From an uncultured Oscillospiraceae bacterium (lineage in GTDB: Bacteria > Bacillota > Clostridia > Oscillospirales > Oscillospiraceae): DNA of 64,000 nucleotides. Shown here in pieces: positions 1-7,613 of the stretch. Made by a program: the position numbers and the translations under genes. Position 1 is the first letter of the stretch. The number at the start of each line of letters is the position of its first letter. The notes beneath the pieces are model-generated. The model was not told the DNA's origin and made no database searches. It saw only the letters and a program-made list of their open reading frames with translations. Location of the stretch: contig CABSMJ010000009.1 in assembly GCA_902478785.1 (NCBI GenBank), positions 33,861 to 97,860 on the forward strand, in the 5' to 3' direction.

Positions 1-331
1 GCTGGGAACGGCTCTGCCCGTGGCGAAGCCGGAGGAGGTCCAGGAGGGCAAGGCCACCATATTGGCCAACGTGGCCGGAGACACGGTGGAGGAGTATGAG
101 GTGGAGATCACCCAGGTGCTCTCTCAGGAGGGCAATCGAAACCTGCTTCTGACCGTCACCGACCCCAAACTGCTGGAGACCACCGGCGGCATCGTCCAGG
201 GCATGTCCGGCAGCCCCATTTTGCAAAACGGAAAGTTTGTGGGAGCCGTGACCCACGTGCTTCTCAATGACCCCACCAGCGGCTATGGTATTTTCCTGGA
301 AAATATGGTAGAGGCCGCCTGGGGCGCGTAA
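1..331 (+). CDS. spoIVB: SpoIVB peptidase (S55), C-terminal part; gene starts before the window
   Basis: Motif TGGIVQGMSGSPILQNGKFVGAVTHV with catalytic Ser; lies directly upstream of spo0A, the conserved gene order. Confidence 0.95.
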   Translation, partial: LGTALPVAKPEEVQEGKATILANVAGDTVEEYEVEITQVLSQEGNRNLLLTVTDPKLLETTGGIVQGMSGSPILQNGKFVGAVTHVLLNDPTSGYGIFLENMVEAAWGA

Positions 332-449
332 AGAAACGGAAAAGAAAAGTCGGTCAAAAAAGAGAGAACAAGGCTATTTTTTCCCGAAAAGCAGGGAGTT
401 CTTCGTGCAAAACGTCGAAAATATATGGAAAAAAATTACAGTTTCTGTA

Positions 450-478
450 TTGAAAATCCTGTCCGATTATGCTAGTTT
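450..478 (+). promoter_or_regulatory. Putative sigma-A promoter of spo0A
   Basis: TTGAAA-N17-TAGTTT with an extended -10 TG; degenerate 0A-like heptamer CGTCGAA at 413-419 upstream. Confidence 0.45.
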
Positions 479-621
479 ATAGGTAACGACACATGAAGCT
501 TCGCAAATCGGTCGCAAAAGCGGGAGAGCGGAATTCTCCCGAGATGACGTAATCTGTGGGGCGCCGCCGGTGGATGCGCGCGGTCGGCGGCGCCTACTTT
601 TTTGGAAAAGGAACGGATTGT

Positions 622-1380
622 ATGGAGAAGAAAGTCATACTGGCGGACACCGGCGAGGAATTCCGCGGGATGCTGCGGCAGACGGTGGAAAAGACGGGAG
701 AATTTCAGGTGGTGGGAGCCACCGGCGATGGCATGGAGCTGCTGCGTCTGGTGGAGGAGCAAAAGCCCGACCTGGTGGTGATGGATCTGGTGCTGCCGGG
801 ACTGGATGGAATGGGCGTGCTGCGGAAGCTGTCGGAGCTGCCGGCGGAGACGAAGCCCAAGGTCATCGTGCTCTCCGCCTTTGCAAGGCCGGAGGTCATT
901 CAGGAGGCCAGCGGCCTGGGGATCTTTTACTTCATGCCCAAGCCCTGCACGGAGGAATCGCTGCTGGAGCGGATGCGTCGGGCCTGCGGGCAGGAGGAAT
1001 TACCGGTGCTGGACGAGCCGGCGCTGGAGGATATGATCACCGACATCATCCATGAGATCGGCGTGCCCGCCCACATCAAGGGCTACCAGTACCTGCGGGA
1101 GGCCATCCTCATCGCGGTGAAGGATATGGATGTCATCAATGCCGTCACCAAGGTCCTCTATCCCGAGGTGGCCAAGCGCTTCGCCACCACACCCTCCCGA
1201 GTGGAGCGGGCCATCCGCCATGCCATTGAGGTGGCTTGGGACCGGGGCGACCTGGAGACGCTGCAGAGATTCTTCGGCTATACCGTTTCCAATACCAAGG
1301 GAAAACCAACCAACAGCGAGTTCATCGCCATGATCGCCGACCGGCTCCAGCTGCGCCTGCGCAGTGGCCGCCGTGCCTGA
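622..1380 (+). CDS. spo0A: Sporulation master regulator Spo0A
   Basis: Receiver domain ([16 protein letters not shown]) plus Spo0A C-terminal domain [21 protein letters not shown]...[15 protein letters not shown]...[16 protein letters not shown] at 622 follows AAAGGA. Confidence 0.98.
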   Translation: MEKKVILADTGEEFRGMLRQTVEKTGEFQVVGATGDGMELLRLVEEQKPDLVVMDLVLPGLDGMGVLRKLSELPAETKPKVIVLSAFARPEVIQEASGLGIFYFMPKPCTEESLLERMRRACGQEELPVLDEPALEDMITDIIHEIGVPAHIKGYQYLREAILIAVKDMDVINAVTKVLYPEVAKRFATTPSRVERAIRHAIEVAWDRGDLETLQRFFGYTVSNTKGKPTNSEFIAMIADRLQLRLRSGRRA

Positions 1381-1466
1381 GCGCTGGAAGAGAAAGGACT
1401 TGCAAGGCGCTTCCTTTTATGGTATTCTGCGTGATGCAGAAATTTTGACAAAAAGGAAGTTGCACC

Positions 1467-1724
1467 ATGGTTTACGATTACACACCTCACGGCGTCTGCT
1501 CTCAGCACATCCACCTGGAGGTGGAGGACGGCGTCATCCGCAGCGTAGAGTTCCTGGGCGGCTGCAACGGCAACCTCAAGGGCATCAGCAGCCTGGTCAA
1601 GGGCATGCGGCCGGAGGAAGCGGTGGAGCGGCTCAAGGGCATCCACTGCGGCGAAAAGCCCACCTCCTGCCCCGATCAGCTGTCCCGGGCCCTGGAGGAG
1701 ATGCTCAAGAGCGCAAAGCAGTAA
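1467..1724 (+). CDS. Stand-alone TSCPD-domain protein (TIGR03905-like)
   Basis: GVCS, GGCNGN, GIHCG and TSCPDQL motifs; own TTGCAA-N17-TATTCT promoter and downstream terminator. Confidence 0.88.
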   Translation: MVYDYTPHGVCSQHIHLEVEDGVIRSVEFLGGCNGNLKGISSLVKGMRPEEAVERLKGIHCGEKPTSCPDQLSRALEEMLKSAKQ

Positions 1725-1741
1725 AAGCAGTAAAAGAGAAG

Positions 1742-1775
1742 AAGGGAGCGGACGATTTCGTCCGCTCCTTTTTTT
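1742..1775 (+). terminator. Intrinsic terminator
   Basis: GGAGCGGACGA-TT-TCGTCCGCTCC followed by a T-run. Confidence 0.85.
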
Positions 1776-1776
1776 G

Positions 1777-1804
1777 CACCCGGACGGGGCGGTGGGCATA
1801 GGAT
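1777..1804 (+). promoter_or_regulatory. Sigma-K-type (mother cell) promoter for the cwlJ / gerQ-like pair
   Basis: CACC-N16-CATAGGAT fits the sigma-K consensus mACm-N16-CATAnnnT. Confidence 0.6.
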
Positions 1805-1832
1805 GGAACACCCAACAGGAGTGTGTTGACAT

Positions 1833-2273
1833 ATGGCTTATTCTGATCGCGAACTCTTGGCGCGTCTGATCGAGTGCGAGGCGGGCGGAGAGGGAGAGGA
1901 CGGCATGAAGGCGGTGGCAGGAGTGGTGATGAACCGGGTGAATGCCCGGGGCGGAGAGTATGCCAGGGTAGGCCAGGGCAGCATCCGCAACATCATCATG
2001 CAGCCGGGCCAGTTCGTCTGTGCCAGCGAAACAGAGGGCGGGGCCTACAACCCGCAGAACATCTACAATATGCGGCCCCAGCAGATCCACTACGACATCG
2101 CCGATTGGGCCATCGCAGGCAACCGTTTGCCGGACGTGGCGGAGTCGCTGTGGTTCTACAATCCCTTCAGCCCCAAGTGCCGCTCTTTCTTTCCCTCCGA
2201 CGTGGGCTATTGGCAAACGCGCATCGGAGACCACTGCTTTTACAATCCTACGGATGCCTATTATAAGACCTGA
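1833..2273 (+). CDS. cwlJ: Spore cortex-lytic enzyme, CwlJ-type (Hydrolase_2, no PG-binding domain)
   Basis: LLARLIECEAGGEG...VVMNRV...QPGQF...SLWF..P...HCFYNPT; single domain of 146 aa with no signal peptide, as in CwlJ. Confidence 0.8.
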   Translation: MAYSDRELLARLIECEAGGEGEDGMKAVAGVVMNRVNARGGEYARVGQGSIRNIIMQPGQFVCASETEGGAYNPQNIYNMRPQQIHYDIADWAIAGNRLPDVAESLWFYNPFSPKCRSFFPSDVGYWQTRIGDHCFYNPTDAYYKT

Positions 2274-2289
2274 CGAGGTGTAAGTGAGT

Positions 2290-2844
2290 ATGATGAATCG
2301 AATTCCCAACAGCGCTCCGGTGACCACGGAGCTGCCGGATACCGGCTGGGCCCAGGAGGTCCGCCGTCTGGAAAATCAGGGCCAGACCGTGGTGCCCTAT
2401 ACCCAGGGGACGGTGATGCCGGGGACGGCCATGCCCCAGACCGGCACCGCCGGAATGCCCCAGAGCATGGGCGGCGGGATGACCATGACGGGGGGCATGG
2501 ATCTGACCAGCCAGCCCATGATGCCCAACGGGCTCCCCAGTGAGGTCATTGAAAATCCCGTCTCCCGGGAGGAGGTCTACAAGGGCTCCCTGAAGGCTAT
2601 GCTGAACCGCTATAAGGGCAACTACGTGGTGGCCACCTTCCTGGTGGGTACCCAGAGCATGGTGTCCTGGGAGGGAATCCTCTTTGACGTGGGCAACGAC
2701 TATGTGACCATCTACCAGCAGCCCCGGGACCGGTATATCGTCAGTGACATCTATTCTTTGAAGTTCATTGAGTTTTACGATACCGCCCGCCGGGACGCCT
2801 GCGACGCCATCCTGGGCCAGGCGGGCTGGACCCGGAACAGCTGA
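2290..2844 (+). CDS. GerQ-like spore coat protein
   Basis: M/G/P/Q/T-rich N-terminus, then G.I...G.D....RY....IY.L..I.F resembling the GerQ C-terminal domain; directly after cwlJ; start could be GTG at 2284. Confidence 0.55.
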   Translation: MMNRIPNSAPVTTELPDTGWAQEVRRLENQGQTVVPYTQGTVMPGTAMPQTGTAGMPQSMGGGMTMTGGMDLTSQPMMPNGLPSEVIENPVSREEVYKGSLKAMLNRYKGNYVVATFLVGTQSMVSWEGILFDVGNDYVTIYQQPRDRYIVSDIYSLKFIEFYDTARRDACDAILGQAGWTRNS

Positions 2845-2921
2845 GGCAGACGCTTGCGCAGGGAGGGAAAGTGTGGTACAATCCTCTATCATCTTAAAAG
2901 TAGTAAGGAAGTGTAACCACC

Positions 2922-3434
2922 ATGGATTTTGAAAAGCTGGCAAAGGAGCGCTACTCCCTGCGCAAGTTCGATGCCCGTCCGGTGGAGCCGGAAAAGCTGG
3001 AGCTGGTTCTGGAGGCGGGCCGCAATGCCCCCACCGCCCACAATCTGCAGCCCCAGCGCATCTTTGTGATCCAGAGCCCGGAGGCCCTGGAGAAGGCGGA
3101 CGGCTGTATGTTCTGCCACTTCCATCCCCCGGTCTTGCTGGTGGTGGCCTATGACCCCAAGGAGGCCTGGAACCGGGAGGGCGACGGCAAGAACCACGGC
3201 GAGATCGACGCCGCCATCGCCACCACCCAGATGATGCTCCAGGCGGCGGACCTGGGCCTGGGCACCACCTATGTGGGCATGTTCGACCCGGTGAAGTTCC
3301 AGGAGACCTTCCCGGAGATGAAGGATCTGATCCCCATTGCCGTGCTGCCCTTGGGCTATCCGGCGGAGGGTGCCCATCCTGCCAAGCTCCATGCCAGCCG
3401 CAAGCCTTTGGAGGAGCTGGTGTGCCGCCTGTAA
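2922..3434 (+). CDS. Nitroreductase family protein
   Basis: RYSLRKF, APTAHNLQP, LQAADLGLGT and LPLGYP motifs. Confidence 0.93.
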   Translation: MDFEKLAKERYSLRKFDARPVEPEKLELVLEAGRNAPTAHNLQPQRIFVIQSPEALEKADGCMFCHFHPPVLLVVAYDPKEAWNREGDGKNHGEIDAAIATTQMMLQAADLGLGTTYVGMFDPVKFQETFPEMKDLIPIAVLPLGYPAEGAHPAKLHASRKPLEELVCRL

Positions 3435-3508
3435 GAGGGCATTTCCCAGCAAAAAGAAGAGGAGAGGCGTTCGCCTCTCCTTTTTTGACGCCTTGGAAGC
3501 GGCGGGCC

Positions 3509-4204
3509 TCAGCCCGCCTCCTCCGGTTCCGGCGTCCGGGGCGCCGCTGTGCCGTGGGCGCCCCAGGGCAGGCAGAATACTGGGGTCCCCTCCGCCGCCG
3601 GGGCCAGGGCGTACATCTGATAGAAAAAGCAAATGCCCTCCGGCGTCAGATAGTAGTTGCCGGTGCACAGCTCCCGCCGCAGCCGCCGCTGCCAGTCCTC
3701 CCGATAGGCCGCCACACCGGCGCTTTGCTGTCGGCGGATCTCCTGGGCCGCCAGGTCCGGCAAAAGCCGCCGCACCGGCGTCCTGGCCGGTAAAAAGGCG
3801 GACAGGGGGATGGGCGTGCCAGTGCGCAGGTCCCAGGTGTCTCCCCGCCGGATGGTCAGCGGCAGTCCACCTCGCTCTCTGGCGTCGGTATACAGGCTCC
3901 ACACCCCGCCTTCGTTCCATGTGATGCGGTAGTCCATGGCGGCGGTGAAGTGGGGCAGAGGGGCACCGGCGGCCGCCGCCTGCCGGAATTCCGCCTGGGC
4001 CCGGGGAAGGAGAAAACGCCCGCAGTAGCGCAGATAGCTGCGGGCAAACTGCCGGTAGTACCGGTCTATCCGTCGCAGATGGCGATCCATCTCCGGCGCT
4101 TTGAGCTTGGGCAGGGACACCCGGGCCGACAGCACCGGGATTCCATCCACTGTCCACTCCCGTTCCAGGAGCTCCTCCACTGTCTCCAGTCGTTCCACAC
4201 CCAT
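3509..4204 (-). CDS. DUF3298/DUF4163 (RsiV/PdaC-like) domain protein, no signal peptide
   Basis: TWDLRTG..I.L..F and NYYLTPEGICFFYQMYALAPAAEGTPVF C-terminal motif. Confidence 0.75.
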   Translation of the reverse strand: MGVERLETVEELLEREWTVDGIPVLSARVSLPKLKAPEMDRHLRRIDRYYRQFARSYLRYCGRFLLPRAQAEFRQAAAAGAPLPHFTAAMDYRITWNEGGVWSLYTDARERGGLPLTIRRGDTWDLRTGTPIPLSAFLPARTPVRRLLPDLAAQEIRRQQSAGVAAYREDWQRRLRRELCTGNYYLTPEGICFFYQMYALAPAAEGTPVFCLPWGAHGTAAPRTPEPEEAG

Positions 4205-4246
4205 GAAAGCCCGCCTTTCTCCCCGTGTCTGCGTCTCGTCAATCCC

Positions 4247-4274
4247 AATCTATGCGGCGGGACGGGGAGCGGTG
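4247..4274 (-). promoter_or_regulatory. Sigma-K-type promoter for the DUF3298 gene
   Basis: Minus strand reads CACC-N16-CATAGATT. Confidence 0.5.
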
Positions 4275-4305
4275 AGAAAAAGGGCGGCGAGGCGGTGAAT
4301 GGCTA

Positions 4306-4350
4306 TTTACTTTCATAAGGTAGTATGCTATGCTGTAAAGCAGTAAAGCA
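4306..4350 (+). promoter_or_regulatory. Sigma-A promoter of the yerC-like gene with an overlapping palindromic operator
   Basis: TTTACT-N17-TATGCT (4306-4334); imperfect palindrome TGCTGTA-N6-TAAAGCA at 4331-4350. Confidence 0.5.
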
Positions 4351-4373
4351 CACCAAGGAAAGGACGTGACAAG

Positions 4374-4691
4374 GTGGTCAAGATCGGCAAGAAGGAAAAG
4401 AACGGCAACCTCTACCGGGCCATTCTGACCCTGAAGGACGAGGAGGAGTGCTATGCCTTCTTCCAGGACCTGTGCACCGTCTCGGAGCTGCGGGCCATGG
4501 AGCAGCGCTTTGAGGTGGCCCAGCTGCTGGACGAGGGGCTTATCTATAACGAGATTTTGGAGCGCACCGGCGCCTCCAGTGCCACCATCAGCCGGGTCAA
4601 CCGCTCTTTGAGCTATGGCGCCGGCGGCTATGAAAAGGTCTTTGAGCACATCAAAAACCAGAAGTCTGGGAAAAAGGAGAAGGGGCAATGA
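4374..4691 (+). CDS. TrpR-like YerC/YecD transcriptional regulator
   Basis: ECYAFFQDLCTVSEL..MEQR..VA..L...TGASSATISRVNRSL.YG..GY. Confidence 0.92.
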   Translation: MVKIGKKEKNGNLYRAILTLKDEEECYAFFQDLCTVSELRAMEQRFEVAQLLDEGLIYNEILERTGASSATISRVNRSLSYGAGGYEKVFEHIKNQKSGKKEKGQ

Positions 4692-5473
4692 GCAGCTATC
4701 AGGCCCTGGCCCGGTCCTATGACGCCCTGACCACCGATGTGGGCTACCGCCGGCGGGCCGCGTATCTGGACCGCCTGTTCAAAAAGAGCCGCCTGCCGGT
4801 CCACACGGTGCTGGACCTGGCCTGTGGCACCGGGACACTGACCTGCCTGCTGGCGGAGATGGGCTATGAGATGATCGGTGTGGATGGCTCGGAGGACATG
4901 CTGGCCCAGGCCCAGACCAAGGCCATGGATGTGAAGGGCGAGCGTCCGCTGTTTTTGCACCAGACCATGCCCAAGCTGGACCTCTACGGCACCGTAGAGG
5001 CCGCTGTGTCCTGCCTGGACAGTATCAACTACCTCACCGAGGTGCGGGATCTGAAGCGGACACTGGAGCGTCTGCGCCTGTTCATCGCCCCAGGCGGGCT
5101 GCTGGTGTTTGATGTGAACTCGGTGGAGAAGATGGAGGCCCTGGACGGCCAGGTGTTTCTGGACGAGCAGGAGGACGTATATTGCGTCTGGCGGGCCTCT
5201 TACAGCCGCCGCAGCCGCATCCTCACCTATGGCATGGACATCTTCCAGCGCCGGGGCCAGCTGTGGCAGCGCAGCGCTGAGGAGCACCGGGAGCGGGCCT
5301 GGTCCGTGGAGGAGCTGACCACCCAGCTCACCGCCGCGGGCTTTACAGACATCCACGTCTGGGGCGATCTGAAGCATACGCCTCCGGCGCCTGGAGAGCA
5401 GCGCCTGATCTTCACCGCCATCCGGGGCGCGGAGCCCCAGGCGGAAAAAACTCACAAAAGAAAGCGAGCGTAA
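4688..5473 (+). CDS. Class I SAM-dependent methyltransferase
   Basis: VLDLACGTG motif I, GVDGSEDML, DSINYL. Confidence 0.92.
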   Translation: MSSYQALARSYDALTTDVGYRRRAAYLDRLFKKSRLPVHTVLDLACGTGTLTCLLAEMGYEMIGVDGSEDMLAQAQTKAMDVKGERPLFLHQTMPKLDLYGTVEAAVSCLDSINYLTEVRDLKRTLERLRLFIAPGGLLVFDVNSVEKMEALDGQVFLDEQEDVYCVWRASYSRRSRILTYGMDIFQRRGQLWQRSAEEHRERAWSVEELTTQLTAAGFTDIHVWGDLKHTPPAPGEQRLIFTAIRGAEPQAEKTHKRKRA

Positions 5474-5480
5474 AAACGAC

Positions 5481-6368
5481 ATGAGCGATCAACTGGTACG
5501 GGCCATCACCTCCGACGGTATGGTGAAGGCGGTGGCCGTTTCCACCCGGGACCTGACGGAGCGGGCCCGGAATATCCACAAGACCCTGCCGGTGGCCACG
5601 GCGGCCCTGGGCCGCACCCTGGCTGCCGCCTCCATGCTGGGCAATGCCCTGAAGGAGCAGCAGGGCAGCGTCACGCTGCAGATCAAGGGCGGCGGGCCTC
5701 TGGGCAGCATCCTGGCGGTGTCGGACTGTGAGGGCAACGTCCGGGGCTATGTGCAGAATCCTCAGGTGGACCTGCCCCTGCGCAGCGACGGGAAGCTGAA
5801 TGTGGGCGCCGCCGTGGGCGGTGACGGCACGCTGACGGTCATGCGGGACCTGGGACTCAAGGAGCCCTATATCGGCAGTGTGGAGCTTCTCAGCGGCGAG
5901 ATCGCCGAGGACCTGGCGGCCTACTTCGTGGAGTCGGAGCAGATTCCCACCGCCTGCGCCCTGGGGGTGTTGGTGGACCGGGACCAGAGCGTCCGGGCTG
6001 CGGGCGGCTATCTCATCCAGCTGCTGCCCGGCGCGGGGGAGGACGTGATCTCCCGGGTGGAGCAGGGGGTGCTGGCTGCCGGCCAGGTCACCGGACTGCT
6101 GGACAAAAACCCCGACCCGGAGACTATGCTCAAGACCGTGCTGTCGGACTTCGATCTGGAGATCCTGGAGACCAGCCCCATCGAGTACCGCTGCTACTGC
6201 AGCCGGGAGCGGGTGACCCGGGCCCTGATTTCCCTGGGTGCCGACGAGCTGGAGAAGATCATCCGGGAGCAGGGGGGCGCGGAGCTGACCTGCCAGTTCT
6301 GTGACCGGGTCCACCGGTTCACCGCCCAGGAGCTTCAGGCTCTGGTGGACGGCATTCGGAAGCAGTGA
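5481..6368 (+). CDS. hslO: Hsp33 redox-regulated chaperone
   Basis: ALGR, SEQIPT, AGGYLIQLLPG and zinc centre CYCSRER...CQFC. Confidence 0.97.
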   Translation: MSDQLVRAITSDGMVKAVAVSTRDLTERARNIHKTLPVATAALGRTLAAASMLGNALKEQQGSVTLQIKGGGPLGSILAVSDCEGNVRGYVQNPQVDLPLRSDGKLNVGAAVGGDGTLTVMRDLGLKEPYIGSVELLSGEIAEDLAAYFVESEQIPTACALGVLVDRDQSVRAAGGYLIQLLPGAGEDVISRVEQGVLAAGQVTGLLDKNPDPETMLKTVLSDFDLEILETSPIEYRCYCSRERVTRALISLGADELEKIIREQGGAELTCQFCDRVHRFTAQELQALVDGIRKQ

Positions 6369-6376
6369 CAGCCCCG

Positions 6377-6415
6377 GCGGGAAGAGGGCCGGAGGCGGTC
6401 CTTTTCCCGCTTTTT
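6377..6415 (+). terminator. Intrinsic terminator after hslO
   Basis: GCGGGAAGAGGGCCG/CGGTCCTTTTCCCGC stem followed by TTTTT. Confidence 0.85.
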
Positions 6416-6455
6416 ACAAAAAATAAAAAAACCTGAAAAATTTTGCGATTTAAGG

Positions 6456-6484
6456 TTGACAGATGGGAAACCTTTTAGTATAAT
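6456..6484 (+). promoter_or_regulatory. Consensus sigma-A promoter of the tRNA operon
   Basis: TTGACA-N17-TATAAT with an A-rich UP element. Confidence 0.92.
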
Positions 6485-6516
6485 AACCCTTGCCGTTCGG
6501 GTCACGAACGAATTCC

Positions 6517-6593
6517 GGGAGCATAGCTCAGCTGGTTAGAGCACCTGCCTTACAAGCAGGGGGTCACTGGTTCGAGTCCAGTTGTTCCCACCA
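6517..6593 (+). tRNA. tRNA-Val (TAC)
   Basis: Cloverleaf GGGAGCA...TGTTCCC-A-CCA, anticodon loop CTTACAA, TTCGA T-loop. Confidence 0.97.
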
Positions 6594-6638
6594 TTTTAAT
6601 CCTGGATTGGATGGTGCCCCGCCCCGGAAGTGCAGTAT

Positions 6639-6715
6639 GGCCAAGTAGTTCAGTTGGTTAGAACGCCAGCCTGTCACGCTGGAGGTCGTGGGTTCGAGCC
6701 CCATCTTGGTCGCCA
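6639..6715 (+). tRNA. tRNA-Asp (GTC)
   Basis: GGCCAAG...CTTGGTC-G-CCA, anticodon loop CTGTCAC. Confidence 0.97.
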
Positions 6716-6718
6716 TTT

Positions 6719-6794
<76 letters not shown>

Positions 6795-6824
6795 ACTGCG
6801 CAATTGAATACCGATTGCGCACAT

Positions 6825-6900
6825 GCGAGCGTAGCTCATCTGGTAGAGCGCCACCTTGCCAAGGTGGAGGTAGCGAGTTCGAGCCTCGTCGCTCGCTCCA
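6825..6900 (+). tRNA. tRNA-Gly (GCC)
   Basis: GCGAGCG...CGCTCGC-T-CCA, anticodon loop TTGCCAA. Confidence 0.97.
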
Positions 6901-6947
6901 TTTGAAAATAGTCACACAGTAAAATTTGTGTGACTATTTTCAAATGG
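6898..6947. repeat. Perfect 21-bp inverted repeat in the tRNA-Gly/tRNA-Cys spacer
   Basis: CCATTTGAAAATAGTCACACA (6898-6918), 8-nt loop, TGTGTGACTATTTTCAAATGG (6927-6947). Confidence 0.9.
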
Positions 6948-6992
6948 GGAGCATACAATACAGCGTGGGGATCGTCTCTGCGCTTTGAAAAC

Positions 6993-7067
6993 GGTGACAT
7001 AGCCAAGTGGTAAGGCAAGGGTCTGCAAAACCCTCATTCCCCGGTTCAAATCCGGGTGTCACCTCCA
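6993..7067 (+). tRNA. tRNA-Cys (GCA)
   Basis: GGTGACA...TGTCACC-T-CCA, anticodon loop CTGCAAA. Confidence 0.97.
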
Positions 7068-7104
7068 AAAAGAAAGACACGCTGTAAAGCGTGTCTTTCT
7101 TTTT
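7067..7104 (+). terminator. Terminator of the tRNA operon
   Basis: AAAAAGAAAGACACGCT-GTAA-AGCGTGTCTTTCTTTTT. Confidence 0.9.
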
Positions 7105-7111
7105 GGGTTCC

Positions 7112-7256
7112 GGCGGCCCAAGGCCGCCTCCACCCTCCGGAGACTGCACATGCTCGGGGCAAGTGAATTGCCCCTGCGCCAAGGTTTTGCCTGGGGCAAA
7201 ACGCTTGTACGGCGCGAACGCGCCGCCCCACCGTGTGGGGCCCCAGCTTTGGCTGG
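7112..7256. repeat. Cluster of six short GC-rich hairpins (REP/MITE-like element or structured RNA)
   Basis: Hairpins at 7112-7128, 7156-7174, 7184-7202, 7211-7224, 7225-7241 and 7243-7256, with loops of 2-5 nt. Confidence 0.55.
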
Positions 7257-7280
7257 CACCCATACGGTTTACACAGGACC

Positions 7281-7317
7281 AAAAGCGAGGCACGCTGCAA
7301 AGTGCGCCTCGCTTTTT
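7281..7317 (+). terminator. Second terminator, related in sequence to the tRNA operon terminator
   Basis: AAAAGCGAGGCACGCTGCAAAGTGCGCCTCGCTTTTT. Confidence 0.7.
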
Positions 7318-7506
7318 GCATTTTGACGAATTGCCTCTGCAGGATGGCCGCCGCTGAAAGGCAATTTTTGCTTTCGGTCGAAAGACACTTGAAAACACCC
7401 CGGAGGCACTTACAAAAATGATGTGAATATGCACAGTATAACCCTGCGAAATGGCGGGTATTTTGTAAAAAAATTCCGAAGTTTTTCTGGGGACTGCAAT
7501 TGGCTG

Positions 7507-7535
7507 TTGCGCTTTGGAAAACGGGCGGTTATAAT
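7507..7535 (+). promoter_or_regulatory. Sigma-A promoter of the ilv leader and ilvBN
   Basis: TTGCGC-N17-TATAAT. Confidence 0.75.
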
Positions 7536-7613
7536 GGCAAAAAACCCGGACCGTGCTTTCACTGAAGCGTGCCGGGGCTGCGTAAAACCATATCTGCTTT
7601 GAAGGAGAACTCC

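Noticed and set aside
622..670. Spo0A receiver has ADTG rather than the usual ADDN acidic pair
   Set aside because: The phospho-acceptor Asp, Ser/Thr and Lys are intact; probably lineage variation rather than loss of function
1718..1736. Tandem AGCAGTAAA duplication at the TSCPD gene stop
   Set aside because: Short slippage duplication with no element between the copies
7422..7490. Palindrome TGTGAATATGCACA and CodY-like AAAATTCCGAAGTTT upstream of the ilv promoter
   Set aside because: Spacing does not fit a Rex box and the CodY-like site has about five mismatches; too weak to call
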